A stretch of 64,000 nt of DNA from Deltaproteobacteria bacterium (GCA_016875225.1 VGRW01000001.1:66225-130224); one strand, 5' to 3'. Shown: positions 18,994 through 29,652, numbered from the stretch's first letter. A program made the numbers and translations. Notes: a model not told the origin generated them from the letters alone.

Positions 18994-19793
18994 GGATCTT
19001 CGACAGCCACGCGCACGTGGGCGCGCCGGAGCTGCTCGCCGAGGCGCCGGATCTGATCGCGCGCGCGATGGCCGCGGACGTGCGCGGAATCCTCGCGGTC
19101 GGCGCGGGCTACGGAATCGCCGCGAATGCCGGCGCGGTCATGCTCGCCGACGAGAACGCGGGCATCTGGGCCAGCGTCGGCGTGCACCCGCACGACGCCG
19201 CGCAGTGGAGCCCGATCGCCGAGACCGCGCTCCACGGCTGGCTCGCCCACTCGAAGGTGGTCGCGGTCGGCGAGTGCGGACTCGACTACTGGTACGAGCA
19301 CTCGCCCCGCGACGCGCAGGTCGAGGCGCTTCGCGCGCAGATCCGACTCGCGTGCGCGGTCGACCGCCCGCTCGTGATCCACGTCCGCAATGGCCGCGGG
19401 TCGCGCGACGCGCTCGACGAGATCCTCGCGATCTTCGACGAGGAGGGCGCGGAGCGAGTCGGCGGCGTGATCCACTGCTTCACCGGCGACGAGCCGTTCG
19501 CTCGCGAGTGTCTCGCGCGGGATTTCGACATCTCGTTCTCCGGAATCCTCACCTTCAAGAACTCGAACGAGCTGCGCGACGTCGCGAAGTCCCTTCCCCT
19601 CTCGCGCCTGCTCGTCGAGACCGACGCCCCGCTGCTCGCGCCGGTTCCGCACCGCGGCAAGCGCAACGAGCCGGCCTGGGTCGGTCACGTGGTGGACTGC
19701 CTGGCCGAGCTTCACGGCAGGAGCCGGGCCGAGATCGCGGCCGCCACCGACGAGCGCGCACGCACGCGCTTCCGCATCGAGGACGCCGCGTGA
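18990..19793 (+). CDS. tatD: TatD-family metal-dependent deoxyribonuclease/hydrolase
   Basis: VRIFDSHAHV...GECGLDYWYEH...ETDAPLLAPVPHRGKRNEP. The GTG start overlaps the metG TGA (GTGA). In the ORF track this gene is hidden inside a long alternative-start ORF. Confidence 0.85.
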   Translation: MRIFDSHAHVGAPELLAEAPDLIARAMAADVRGILAVGAGYGIAANAGAVMLADENAGIWASVGVHPHDAAQWSPIAETALHGWLAHSKVVAVGECGLDYWYEHSPRDAQVEALRAQIRLACAVDRPLVIHVRNGRGSRDALDEILAIFDEEGAERVGGVIHCFTGDEPFARECLARDFDISFSGILTFKNSNELRDVAKSLPLSRLLVETDAPLLAPVPHRGKRNEPAWVGHVVDCLAELHGRSRAEIAAATDERARTRFRIEDAA

Positions 19794-20563
19794 GCGAGCT
19801 GCTCACGCTTGCGACCTCGATCGCGCGCGAGGCCGGCAGGATCGCGCGCGATCGCTTCCACGAGCCCCGCACGATCGCCACGAAGTCGAGCGAGATCGAC
19901 CTGGTCACCGACGTCGACCACGCGCTCGATGCGCTGCTCCGCGGGCGCATCCTCGCGTCGCGGTCGAACGACGGCCTGCTCACCGAGGAGAACACTGCGC
20001 ACGCCGGCTCGAGCGGCGTGCGCTGGATCGTCGACCCGCTCGACGGAACCACGAACTACGCGCACGCCTTTCCGCACTTCTCGATCTCGATCGGAATCGA
20101 AGTCGATGGCCGGCGCGAGATCGCGGTGGTGCACGACCCGATGCGCGACGAGACCTTCACCGCGCAGCGCGGCCGTGGCGCGAGCCTGAACGCCGCGCCG
20201 ATCCGGGTCTCGAAGATCGCGGAGCTGCGGCGCGCGCTGCTCGCGACCGGCTTCGCGTACGACGTGCACACCCGGCGCACGCCGAACCTCGACTACTTCG
20301 GGCGCTTCATGACGCGCGCGCAGGCGATCCGCCGCGCGGGCTCCGCGGCGCTCGACCTCGCCTACGTCGCGTGCGGGCGCTTCGAGGGCTACTGGGAGCT
20401 GAACCTCTCGCCCTGGGACGTCGCCGCCGGACTGCTCCTGGTCGAAGAGGCAGGCGGGCGCACCAGCGACATCGACGGCGCGTCTGCGCCCGCATCGGGC
20501 GCGCGCGTCGTCGCGAGCAACGGCGCCGTGCACGAGGCGATGCTCGAGGTGCTCAGGGGCTAG
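19790..20563 (+). CDS. suhB: Inositol monophosphatase family protein (SuhB-like)
   Basis: LTEENTAHAG...WIVDPLDGTTNYAHAFPHFSISIG (IMPase motifs). The GTG start overlaps the tatD TGA. Confidence 0.85.
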   Translation: MSELLTLATSIAREAGRIARDRFHEPRTIATKSSEIDLVTDVDHALDALLRGRILASRSNDGLLTEENTAHAGSSGVRWIVDPLDGTTNYAHAFPHFSISIGIEVDGRREIAVVHDPMRDETFTAQRGRGASLNAAPIRVSKIAELRRALLATGFAYDVHTRRTPNLDYFGRFMTRAQAIRRAGSAALDLAYVACGRFEGYWELNLSPWDVAAGLLLVEEAGGRTSDIDGASAPASGARVVASNGAVHEAMLEVLRG

Positions 20564-21977
20564 CGGGCGCGCCAGGCTCGACGGGCTGTGCCTGGCTCGG
20601 CGCAGCTTCGGGCGCCGACTGCAGCAGCAGATTCGCGAACGCCTCGGGCGAGAGCGGAACCTCGCGCCCGAGATCGTTGCTCACCCGCCAGACCAGCGGA
20701 CCCTGAGACGAGAGCGCGGACAGACCGAGCTCCGGGTGCGGATCGCCGAGCGAGAGCTCGCCGAGCAGCCCGCCGCTCGCGTCCCGAGCCCGGATCACCG
20801 CGAGCGCCGGATCGAGACCGATCGCCTTGCGCTCGGCGCTCGCGTTCTCGAGCGCGGTCGCGTCGAGCGCGGCCAGCGCGTAGAGCAGATCTTCGACCTC
20901 GAGCGGCTTTGGCTCGGGCCCCTTCGGCTCGAGCCTCCAGACCTCGCCCTCGCGAACCAGCCGCTTCGTCTGCGCCTCGCGCGGAAACTCGATCTCGAGC
21001 GCGTGCACCTGCTCCACGTCGAGCGTCAGCACGCGCTTCTGGCGGTAGGCGAAGAATGCTCGCGGGATGGCCGAGCTCACGCGCTCGTTCACCGCGAGGA
21101 TCACCGGATCGCCGGCGCGCTCGAGCCAGTGGCCGCCGTCACGGCTCGCGAGCCGGAGCCGCTCCTCCGCGTCACCCGCGCGCGCGACCAGCTCGACCTC
21201 GGGGCGCTCGAGTCCGTACTCGGCGCGCGCGCGCGGCGCGTCCTCGAAGCCGCTCGCGCGCGCGAGCGCGAGATCGTCGAGCAGGCGCTCGATCTTCTCG
21301 GCGTCGGCCGGCGCGCTCTCGGGCTCGAGCAGCTCCCAGCCGGCCTCGGTTCGCTTCGCGCGCACGATCCGCGTCTGGCCGGAGAGCACTTCGAGCTCCT
21401 GCACCTGGCTCGTCGCGACGCGCAGGAGCCGCTTGTCGCGCAGCTCGACGAGCGAGGGTGTGAGCCCGCCGAGAGATCCCGTCGACACCACGAAGAGACG
21501 CTTGCCGTCGTCTGCGAGCTCGACGTAGCGCCCGCCACCGACCGGCGTGTTCGCGCCCAGGAACAGCTCCCTCGGCTCGGCTTCGCCAGCCCGAGCCGCC
21601 ACGCGCTTCCGGCTCGCGCCCAGACCGAACGGCTCGAGATCCGCGGGGCGTTCGTCGATCGTCGCGGTCGACGAGAGCTTCTCGAGCGCGCGCAGCGCGC
21701 GCTCCACCGCGTCGGCGTCGGCCGGATAGGAGATCGGCGCCGAGAGGCGCCAGCCCGGGCTCGCGGAGTCCGCGGCGCCGCGCACGAGCTGCGCCTTCGA
21801 TCCGTCCGAAGTCTCGAGCTCGAGCGACGTCACGGTCGCGGGATCGACGTGGAAGATCAGCTTCGCGGCCGCTTCGGCCTCGGCCTTGCGCTCGGCGCCG
21901 CGGATCTCGAAGAACCAAACGTAGCCGCCGAGCGCGAGCAGGGCGACGAGCAGGGCGAGCGTCCCACGCAGGCTCAC
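20553..21977 (-). CDS. DUF4340-like membrane-anchored protein (GldG partner)
   Basis: 474 aa with an N-terminal TM. It sits immediately downstream of the GldG-like gene, as is typical for DUF4340 in ABC-2/GldG clusters. No closer recognition was possible. Confidence 0.65.
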   Translation of the reverse strand: MSLRGTLALLVALLALGGYVWFFEIRGAERKAEAEAAAKLIFHVDPATVTSLELETSDGSKAQLVRGAADSASPGWRLSAPISYPADADAVERALRALEKLSSTATIDERPADLEPFGLGASRKRVAARAGEAEPRELFLGANTPVGGGRYVELADDGKRLFVVSTGSLGGLTPSLVELRDKRLLRVATSQVQELEVLSGQTRIVRAKRTEAGWELLEPESAPADAEKIERLLDDLALARASGFEDAPRARAEYGLERPEVELVARAGDAEERLRLASRDGGHWLERAGDPVILAVNERVSSAIPRAFFAYRQKRVLTLDVEQVHALEIEFPREAQTKRLVREGEVWRLEPKGPEPKPLEVEDLLYALAALDATALENASAERKAIGLDPALAVIRARDASGGLLGELSLGDPHPELGLSALSSQGPLVWRVSNDLGREVPLSPEAFANLLLQSAPEAAPSQAQPVEPGAPASP

Positions 21978-21978
21978 G

Positions 21979-23514
21979 TCAGGTCCGCCGGCGCCACCAG
22001 CTCACGACTCCGAGCAGCAGGATCGCCTCGGGCAGCGCGAAGAGCGCCAGGAAGCGGAAGTCGGCGAACTGCTCGAGCGTCATGTTCACCGAAGCCACGC
22101 GCGGTCGCTTGCGGTCGATGGTCGCGAACTCCTCGGACCCGGTGAGCCAGCTCGCGGCGTTCAGGAAGAAGTCGCCGTTGTAGAACTGCGTGACGTAGCG
22201 ATTGCGCATGAAGTCGGAATCCCCGACGACGACCAGCCGCCCGCCGCGTGTCTTTCCCGCAGGCGGGCTCCACTCGCGGGCGACCGCGACCGCCAGCGGT
22301 CCGGGCCGGTCCTTCGCCGGATCGAGGCCGACCGGCTGCGACGCCAGCAGGCCCGCGGTGTCGCTCTCGCCCCAGCTCTCCGAACTCGTCGTCGCGAGCT
22401 CCACGAGCGCCGCATCCGAGCCCTCGACCTTGCGCACGGGCCGCGCGAGCCGGAACACGGTCGGATTTCCGGCGAGCTTCTCGGTGATCGGGTGGGCCCC
22501 GTAGGTCTGCACCACCGGCTGTACACCGAGCTGTGGACCTGCGAAGAGCTGCACCTGCTGCTCGACCACGATCTCGGCGCCGAGCTCGACGCCCCACTTC
22601 GCGAGCTGCGCCTCGAGGTTGGTGTTCATGGTCGGATCGGCCGCCACGAGAAGCGATCCGCCGCGCTGCAGGTACTGGTCGAGCAGCTCGAGCTCGCGGT
22701 CGGCGAGCGCGTGGTCGGGGCCGGCCACGATCACGGCATCGGCGTCGGCGGGCACCGCGTCCTCGCTGGCGAGCAGGAGCTCCGCCACGCTGACGTTCTC
22801 GTCCTCGAGCCCGCCGCGCACGGCCGAGGCGCCCGGGCCCTTGTCGTCGCTCGGCGCGGCCTCGCCGTGCCCTTTCAGGAAGTAGATCTTCTTCTGGGTC
22901 GAGAGCGCCTGGCGCACGGCGCGGGTGAGAGACTGCTCGCTCACGTCGACGGCCTTCACCGTTCCTCGGGCGGACTCGCAGGGCCCGTTGCAGACGACGA
23001 CCACGCCCTCGCGGCTCGCGATCTCGAACTTGTGCGCGAGATCCGGGCGCTCGTTCGGATCGAAATAGCGGACCTTCACCCGCGGGCTCGCGTAGGCGTA
23101 CTTCTCCAGCGCCTGACGCGCCGGCCCCTCGCCACCGCGCGTGTAGAACGCGTAGACCTCGACCTGTCCGTCCTCGGGGATCGCCGCCAGCACGTCGAGC
23201 GTGCCCTGGGCGAGCGAGTGCGTCTGCGCCTCGGTCCAGTCCCAGTGCACCGGGTGGCGCATCGACAGCCAGGCGAGCACGCCGGTGATCACGAGCAGGA
23301 GGACCGTCTGCACCAGCACGTTCGCGCCGCCGCGCGCGGTCGAGGAGCCGAAGAGCTCCGTGACCCGTCCTGCGCCGCGCACGGCGGCTGTGAGCAGGAG
23401 CCCGAGCCCGAGCACGAGGTGGAAGCCGACGATCGGCGGCGATGCGGCGGCGAAGAGACCGAAGAGACCGAAGACGGTGAGAATCGTGCCGAGGATCGCG
23501 AGCAGCGTGTCCAT
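21979..23514 (-). CDS. GldG-family ABC-transporter-associated membrane protein
   Basis: About 510 aa with TMs at both ends and a large periplasmic domain, placed after an ABC ATPase plus ABC-2 permease. The start was trimmed to MDTLLAILG (23514). Confidence 0.75.
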   Translation of the reverse strand: MDTLLAILGTILTVFGLFGLFAAASPPIVGFHLVLGLGLLLTAAVRGAGRVTELFGSSTARGGANVLVQTVLLLVITGVLAWLSMRHPVHWDWTEAQTHSLAQGTLDVLAAIPEDGQVEVYAFYTRGGEGPARQALEKYAYASPRVKVRYFDPNERPDLAHKFEIASREGVVVVCNGPCESARGTVKAVDVSEQSLTRAVRQALSTQKKIYFLKGHGEAAPSDDKGPGASAVRGGLEDENVSVAELLLASEDAVPADADAVIVAGPDHALADRELELLDQYLQRGGSLLVAADPTMNTNLEAQLAKWGVELGAEIVVEQQVQLFAGPQLGVQPVVQTYGAHPITEKLAGNPTVFRLARPVRKVEGSDAALVELATTSSESWGESDTAGLLASQPVGLDPAKDRPGPLAVAVAREWSPPAGKTRGGRLVVVGDSDFMRNRYVTQFYNGDFFLNAASWLTGSEEFATIDRKRPRVASVNMTLEQFADFRFLALFALPEAILLLGVVSWWRRRT

Positions 23515-23521
23515 CGCGGTC

Positions 23522-24298
23522 CTACCTCCAGCGCAGCGAGTCGACCGCGGCGCGGGCCAGCGCGAGCGACGCGAGGATGGTGAGTCCGAAATACGCCAGA
23601 TCCTCGGAGCGCACGTCACCGGCGAGTCCCGCCTCGTAGTGCGTGCTCGTGCCGAGCCAGCGCAGCACCGCCTTCATCGTCTCGCTCTGCGAGCTCTCGG
23701 CCGCGAACGGGATCAGCAGCAGCACCAGCGCGGCCGCGACGCCGACCAGTCCCGCCACGATCTGGCTGCGCGTGAGCGCGGAGATGAAGCAGCACAGCGC
23801 CGCGAGCGACAGCGAGTACAGGAGCAGCGTCTGCAGCCCCGCGAGCGTCTGCCAGAGCTCCGGATCGCCATAGGCGAAGAGCAGCAGCGGGTAGAGCGCC
23901 GTGAGCGCGGTGACCAGCGCGAGCAACGCGGCGATCGCGAGGAACTTTCCGAGCACGATTTGCGTGCTCGTGACCGGGCTCGTGAGCAGAAGCTCGATCG
24001 AGCCCGTCGCGCGCTCCTCCGCGAACGCGCGCATCGCGAGCAGCGGCACCACGAAGGCCAGGAAGATCGCGAAGGTCGAGAACGACTGCGCGACCACGAT
24101 CGCCTGCAGATTCCACTGCTCGAGCAGGTTCGTCATGCCGAGCGCCTGGATCTGCTCGAGCTGCACCAGGAACATGCCGAGGCTCGCGAAGAAGACGAAG
24201 CCCGCGAAGAGCATGTAGACCGCGATCAGCACGTAGGCGACGGGCGTCGCGAAGATCGAGCGCAGCTCGCGGCCGGCGATGGCCAGAACGTGACTCAC
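23522..24298 (-). CDS. ABC-2 type transporter permease (GldF-like)
   Basis: 258-aa polytopic ABC-2 permease in a 4-nt overlap with the upstream ATPase. Confidence 0.8.
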   Translation of the reverse strand: MSHVLAIAGRELRSIFATPVAYVLIAVYMLFAGFVFFASLGMFLVQLEQIQALGMTNLLEQWNLQAIVVAQSFSTFAIFLAFVVPLLAMRAFAEERATGSIELLLTSPVTSTQIVLGKFLAIAALLALVTALTALYPLLLFAYGDPELWQTLAGLQTLLLYSLSLAALCCFISALTRSQIVAGLVGVAAALVLLLIPFAAESSQSETMKAVLRWLGTSTHYEAGLAGDVRSEDLAYFGLTILASLALARAAVDSLRWR

Positions 24299-25080
24299 GG
24301 CTGCCCCTCCGCGATCGCGGCGACGGCGGCGGCCGAGGCTTCCGCGGCCGCCCTGGCGTCGCGGCTCGCGGCCGCTTCGACCTCGCGCATGAAGACCTGC
24401 TCGAGCGATCCCTGCTCGCGAAGCGCGTCGAGCCGCGCGTCCACGCGAAGCTGGCCGTAGGCGATCAGGAGCACGCGCTGACAGATCGCCTCGACCTCCG
24501 CCAGGATGTGCGTCGACAGGATCACCGTGCGCCCCTCCTCGGCGGAGAGCCGGCGGATCAGCTCACGGATCTCCACGATCTGGATCGGATCGAGGCCGGA
24601 GGTCGGCTCGTCCAGGATCAGCACCGCCGGCTCGTGCACGATGGCCTGAGCCAGTCCGACGCGCTGACGGTAACCCTTCGAGAGCGTGCGGATCACCCGA
24701 TCCGCGACCGAATCCAGACCGCAGGATCCGAGCGCGCGCTCGACCTTCTCCGCGCGCTCCGCGCGCGGCACGTCGTGGAGCGTGGCGACGTAGCGCACGT
24801 AGTCGCGAACTCGCATCTCCGGGTAGAGCGGCGGCGATTCGGGCAGGTAGCCCGTCACGCGCTTCGCGGAATTCGGCTCGACCGCGAGGTCGAAGCCGCC
24901 GACGACGGCTCGGCCCTCGCTCGGCGGCAGGTAGCCGGTCAGGATTCGCATCGTGGTCGTCTTTCCAGCGCCGTTGGGGCCCAGAAACCCGACGACCTCG
25001 GACTTGGCGATCTCGAACGAGACACCGCGGATCGCGGTGAGTCCTCCGTAGCGCTTGGTCAGTGCGTCCGCCTTGATCAA
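24295..25080 (-). CDS. ABC transporter ATP-binding protein (GldA-like)
   Basis: Walker A GPNGAGKTT, signature LSKGYRQRVGLAQA and Walker B LILDEPTSGLD. Confidence 0.9.
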   Translation of the reverse strand: MIKADALTKRYGGLTAIRGVSFEIAKSEVVGFLGPNGAGKTTTMRILTGYLPPSEGRAVVGGFDLAVEPNSAKRVTGYLPESPPLYPEMRVRDYVRYVATLHDVPRAERAEKVERALGSCGLDSVADRVIRTLSKGYRQRVGLAQAIVHEPAVLILDEPTSGLDPIQIVEIRELIRRLSAEEGRTVILSTHILAEVEAICQRVLLIAYGQLRVDARLDALREQGSLEQVFMREVEAAASRDARAAAEASAAAVAAIAEGQP

Positions 25081-25160
25081 GTGCTCTGCTCCCTTCTGGC
25101 TGCGGCAAGTGGCCCGAGTTTAACCCGCGAGATCGGTTGGGCAAGCATCGCTTTCGCCCG

Positions 25161-26003
25161 CTAACTGCGGCTGCGCGGGTCGAGCGCCGCGCGCATCGCC
25201 TCGCCGAGAAGATGAAAGCCGACGAGCGCGAGCAGGATCGCGAGACAGGGAAACAGAATCAGATGCGGGTAGGAGCGCATTGCTTCGAATCCGTCGCTCG
25301 CCAGCGTCCCCCAGCTCGAGAACGGCGGCTGGATGCCGAGCCCGATGAACGAGAGCGTCGATTCCGCCAGGATCGCCGCCGGGATCTGGAACGCGGCCGC
25401 GACCAGGATCGGACCCGCGACGTTGGGCAGCACGTGGCGCAGCAGGATCCTGCGGTCTCTCAGCCCGAGCGCGCGCGCGGCCTCTACCCAGAGCTCCTCG
25501 CGAGCCTGCAGAACCAGCGCGCGCACCAGCCGGGCGATCCCGACCCAGCCCACGAAGCCGAGCGCCACGACCAGCGCCGCGACCCGACGCGCGATGTCGG
25601 GAACCGCCGCGAGCGTTCCCTGCAGCACCTCGATCAGGAGCACGATCACGAGCACGTCGGGGAGCGCGTACACGACGTCGACGATTCGCATGAGCCACCC
25701 GTCGACGCGCCCCCCGACCCAGCCGGCGAGCAGGCCGTAGCCGAGGCCGATCAGCAGCGCGAGCGTCGTCGCTCCGATCGCGACCAGGAGCGAGACGCGC
25801 GCGCCCTCACTCACGCGGGCGAGCAGATCGCGGCCGAGCGCATCGGTGCCCAGCCAGTGCGCGCGCGATGGCGGCTCGAGCGCATGCTCCGCATCCTGCG
25901 CGTCGAAGCGGACGCCCGCGACCCGATCGCCGGCGAGCGAGAGCGCGACGAGCGCGGCGATCAGCAGCGCGCCGAGAAGACCCGTCATTCGCGCGCCGCT
26001 CAT
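25161..26003 (-). CDS. dppC: Oligopeptide/dipeptide ABC transporter permease (DppC/OppC)
   Basis: BPD-transporter permease with the EAA-like loop EAARALGLRDRRILLRHVLPN. The start was trimmed to ATG 26003, which overlaps the dppB TGA (ATGA). Confidence 0.85.
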   Translation of the reverse strand: MSGARMTGLLGALLIAALVALSLAGDRVAGVRFDAQDAEHALEPPSRAHWLGTDALGRDLLARVSEGARVSLLVAIGATTLALLIGLGYGLLAGWVGGRVDGWLMRIVDVVYALPDVLVIVLLIEVLQGTLAAVPDIARRVAALVVALGFVGWVGIARLVRALVLQAREELWVEAARALGLRDRRILLRHVLPNVAGPILVAAAFQIPAAILAESTLSFIGLGIQPPFSSWGTLASDGFEAMRSYPHLILFPCLAILLALVGFHLLGEAMRAALDPRSRS

Positions 26004-26929
26004 CCATCGTCCCCGGAGACGCGGATTCGCGGATCGAGCCAGGCGTAGAGCAGGTCCACCGCGAGATTCGCGAGCACCACCAGCACCGCGTAGACCAGGG
26101 TCACGCCGAGCACGAGCGGGTAGTCGCGGTTGGTCACGGCGGTGACGAAGAAGCGGCCCATTCCCGGGATCGCGTAGATCTTCTCGACCACGAACGAGCC
26201 GGTGAGCAGGGTCGCGAGCAGCGGGCCGAAGTACGTCGACACCGCGAGCAGCGCGTTGCGGAGCACGTGAAGGCGCCTCAGTCGCGACTCCGGAACACCC
26301 TTGGCGCGCGCCGTGCGCACGAAGTCCTGGCCCATCACGGCGACGACCTGAGCGCGGGTGAGCTGCGTGACGTAGGCGAGCGGCAGCGCCGCGAGCGTGA
26401 GCGCGGGAAGGATCGCGTGTCGCGGCCCTTCCCAAAGGCCGGCCGGCAGCCAGTCGAGCCAGAGCCCGACGACGAGAATCAGTCCGGCTCCGATCACGAA
26501 GCTCGGCGCCGAGACACCGACCAGCGAGAGCCACGCGACCGAGCGGTCGAGCGCCGTGCCTCGGCGCGTGCCCGCCGCGAGCCCGAGCGCGATTCCGCCC
26601 GCGATCGCGATCGCGAGCGCGAGCAGCCCGAGCTCGACCGAAACCGGCAGCGCGTCGAAGAGGATCTCGCGCACGTCGCGGCCCGGGTACTTGTACGACG
26701 GGCCGAGATCTCCCTTCAGGACCCGTCCCAGATAGTCGAAGTACTGCTCCGCGACCGTGCCGTCGAGCGCGTAGCGGCGCTCGAGATTGCGCAGGATCTC
26801 CGGCGGAAGCGTCTTCTCCTTGTCGAACGGGCCGCCCGGCAGGAAGCGAAGCAGCGCGAACGTGAGCGTGGCGACCACCCAGAGCACGCCTGCGCCCGCG
26901 ATCAGTCTGCGCGCGACGAAGCCGATCAC
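26000..26929 (-). CDS. dppB: Oligopeptide/dipeptide ABC transporter permease (DppB/OppB)
   Basis: VIGFVARRLIAGAG... with a TARAKGVPESRLRRLHVLRNAL motif. The GTG start at 26929 overlaps the oppA TGA. Confidence 0.85.
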   Translation of the reverse strand: MIGFVARRLIAGAGVLWVVATLTFALLRFLPGGPFDKEKTLPPEILRNLERRYALDGTVAEQYFDYLGRVLKGDLGPSYKYPGRDVREILFDALPVSVELGLLALAIAIAGGIALGLAAGTRRGTALDRSVAWLSLVGVSAPSFVIGAGLILVVGLWLDWLPAGLWEGPRHAILPALTLAALPLAYVTQLTRAQVVAVMGQDFVRTARAKGVPESRLRRLHVLRNALLAVSTYFGPLLATLLTGSFVVEKIYAIPGMGRFFVTAVTNRDYPLVLGVTLVYAVLVVLANLAVDLLYAWLDPRIRVSGDDG

Positions 26930-28500
26930 TCGGCCCGAACCCGGTCGAAGAAGTACAGGTCCATGGCGCTGGGCACGAAGCCGCGCACGCGCCGCGCCAC
27001 CGCGTGGTTCGACGCGGTCACGAAGAGCGGGACGATCGGCACGTCCCGCTCGCAGAGGATCACCTGCGCCCGGTCGTAGAGCTCCTGCCGAGCCGCAGGA
27101 TCGGTCGCGCGCGCAGCGCGCTCGACCAGCTCGTCGTAGCGGGGATTCGCCCATCCGGTGTGGTTGTTCTCGCTGTACGAGGTGAACAGATTCATGAAGT
27201 TGTCGGGGTCGGGGAAATCCGCGCCCCAGCCCAGCCGGAAGACCGGCGGCGGGGCGGTCGAGAGCTCTTTCAGGAACACCTTCCACTCGCGGTTCTCGAG
27301 CTCGACGCGCACGCCGAGGTGCTCGCGCCAGAGCGCCTGGACCCGCTCCGCGACGAGCTTGTGCGTCTGGTCGCTGTTGAAGACGATGCGAACCGGCGCG
27401 AGCGCCGCGGGGTCGACGCCCGCCTCGCGAAGCAGACTGCGGGCGCGCTCGGGCTCGAAGCCGAGGCCGATCGCCGGGTTCGCGTGCGGCATGGCCGGCG
27501 GGATCCACGACGGCCAGGGCTGCTCGCCGCCGCGCAGCAGCGCGGGGAAATCCGCGCGGTCGATCGCGAGCGCGAACGCGCGTCGGACGCGAGCGTCGTC
27601 GAACGGCGGCGTGCGCACGTCGAAGCCGTAGTAGTAGCCGCGCAGCAGCGGCTGGCGCAGATACTCCGGACGATTCTCGTAGCGGCGGATCTCGAGCGGC
27701 GGAAGCTTCACCAGATCGATCAGGCCCTGCTCCCAGAGCACCAGCGCCGTGCTGTCCTCCTCGATCATGTAGGCGACGATCCGATCGAGCGGCGGGCGTC
27801 CCTCCCAGTAGCGCTCGTTCGCGCGCAGCACGAGCCGGTACTCGTGGCGCCACTCGTCGAGCACGAACGGCCCGAGCGAGACCAGGTTCGGCGGCTCGGT
27901 CCAGTGCTCGCCGTAGCGCTCGATCAGGTCGCGCCGCTGCGGAAAGGTCACCATGAAGTTCAACAGCGCGGGGAAGTAGACGATCGGCGCCTCGAGCTCG
28001 ACCTCGAGCGTCGCATCGCCGAGCGCCCGCACCCCCACCTGTGCCGGATCGTCGATCGTCCCCGCGTTGTACGCGCGGGCGTTCTTCAGCGGGAACAGGA
28101 AGTACGCGTACTCGGCCGCGGTCGCCGGCGCCAGCAGCCGCAGCCAGCTGTCGACGAAGTGCTGCGCGCGAAGCGGAACGCCGTCGCTCCAGACCACGCC
28201 CGGGCGGAGCGCGAAGCGGTAGGTGCGTCCGTCGGGCGAGACCGACCAGCTCTCGGCCAGGTCGGGCTCGGCGCGAAGCTCGCGATCCAGGCGCGTGAGG
28301 CCGCGCATCAGCTGCCCGATCGCGATGATCGAGACCCCGTCCGTGGCCAGGCTCCAGTCGAGCGAGGGAGGCTCGGTCTCGAGATTGATGCGCAGCTCGC
28401 CGCGCTCGGGCGCCTCGCTCCCGACGCCGCAGCCGAACGGGCCCGCGACGAGCAGCGCGAAGACGGCCAGTCTCCCTGCCCTGCTGCGCCCCCCCGGCAT
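26926..28500 (-). CDS. oppA: Peptide ABC transporter substrate-binding lipoprotein (family 5, OppA/DppA)
   Basis: 524 aa with a signal peptide and lipobox (VAGPFGCG) on an SBP_bac_5 fold. Confidence 0.85.
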   Translation of the reverse strand: MPGGRSRAGRLAVFALLVAGPFGCGVGSEAPERGELRINLETEPPSLDWSLATDGVSIIAIGQLMRGLTRLDRELRAEPDLAESWSVSPDGRTYRFALRPGVVWSDGVPLRAQHFVDSWLRLLAPATAAEYAYFLFPLKNARAYNAGTIDDPAQVGVRALGDATLEVELEAPIVYFPALLNFMVTFPQRRDLIERYGEHWTEPPNLVSLGPFVLDEWRHEYRLVLRANERYWEGRPPLDRIVAYMIEEDSTALVLWEQGLIDLVKLPPLEIRRYENRPEYLRQPLLRGYYYGFDVRTPPFDDARVRRAFALAIDRADFPALLRGGEQPWPSWIPPAMPHANPAIGLGFEPERARSLLREAGVDPAALAPVRIVFNSDQTHKLVAERVQALWREHLGVRVELENREWKVFLKELSTAPPPVFRLGWGADFPDPDNFMNLFTSYSENNHTGWANPRYDELVERAARATDPAARQELYDRAQVILCERDVPIVPLFVTASNHAVARRVRGFVPSAMDLYFFDRVRAE

Positions 28501-28551
28501 GGACGATCAGGTACCGGGGATCGAGCGGGGCCGCCAGGCTACTCTCCGGAC

Positions 28552-29652
28552 ATGCGCGCCGCGATCACGATCGAGAGCTTCCGGCCCGGCCCGGGTGGCG
28601 TCGAAGGCGTCGCCTGGCAGCTCGCGCGCGAGCTCGGCCGCCGCGGCGCGGACATCACCGTGCTGTGTCGCGTCGCGTCCCGGGAGGCGCCGCCCGGCGT
28701 TCGAGTGCTACCGCTCGGCGGCCCGGCGTTCTGGCAGCCGCTTCGCGTGCTCGAGTTCTCGCGCCGCGCCGCGCGCGCGAGCAGCGGCGGCCGCTTCGAG
28801 CTGGTGCAGGCCTTCTCGCGCACGCTGCACCAGGACGTGTACCGCGCTGGCGGAGGCAGTCACGCCGCGTACCTGGAGAGCGTCCACGGCAGCGCCGGTC
28901 TGCGCGCGAGGCTCTCGCCGCGGCACCGGACGCTGCTCGCGATCGAAGCGAGGATCTTCCGGGATCCGCGCCAGACGATCCTGTGCAACTCGCGGCTCGT
29001 CGCGGCGGATCTGGAGCGGCGCCACGCCGTGCCCGCGGAGCGTCTGGCGGTGATCTACAACGGCGTGGATCTCGAGCGCTTCCACCCGCGCGAGCGCGAA
29101 TCGCTCGGAGCGCGCCTCCGCGCCGAGCTGCGCGTCGACGGCGCGCTCGCACTCTTCGTCGGCAGCGGCTTCGCGCGCAAGGGCTTGGACCGCGCGATCG
29201 CGGGCCTGGCCGCTTCGGGCGTGAAGGCGGAGCTCCTGGTCGCGGGTGCCGGGGATCCGGGCCCGTTCCAGCGCCAGGCCGAGGCGCTAGGCGTCGGCTC
29301 GCGGCTTCGCTTTCTGGGCGTGCGCGGCGACGTCGAGGCGCTCTACGCGGCCGCGGATCTGCTGGTCCTGCCGACGCGCTACGACCCGTTCGCGAACGCG
29401 TGTCTCGAGGCGATGGCCGCGGGCCTGGCGGTCGCGACCACGCCGAGCAACGGCGCCGCGGAGCTGCTCGTGGACGGCGCGAACGGCTTCGTCTGCGACG
29501 GGGACTTTTCACGTGCGTTTCGCGCGCTCGACGATCCCCGCCGGCTGCGCGAGCTGGGCGACGCGGCCCGAACCACCGCCGAGCGCTTCGGCTGGGGCGC
29601 GCACGCCGACGCCGTGCTGGCGCTGTGGCAGAGGCTTCGCGCGCGCGCATGA
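28552..29652 (+). CDS. Family 4 glycosyltransferase (LPS-core RfaG/WaaG-like)
   Basis: GT4 C-terminal domain with E...LPTRYDPFANACLEAMAAGLAV and an EX7E-like motif. The start was trimmed to MRAAITIESF (28552). Confidence 0.8.
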   Translation: MRAAITIESFRPGPGGVEGVAWQLARELGRRGADITVLCRVASREAPPGVRVLPLGGPAFWQPLRVLEFSRRAARASSGGRFELVQAFSRTLHQDVYRAGGGSHAAYLESVHGSAGLRARLSPRHRTLLAIEARIFRDPRQTILCNSRLVAADLERRHAVPAERLAVIYNGVDLERFHPRERESLGARLRAELRVDGALALFVGSGFARKGLDRAIAGLAASGVKAELLVAGAGDPGPFQRQAEALGVGSRLRFLGVRGDVEALYAAADLLVLPTRYDPFANACLEAMAAGLAVATTPSNGAAELLVDGANGFVCDGDFSRAFRALDDPRRLRELGDAARTTAERFGWGAHADAVLALWQRLRARA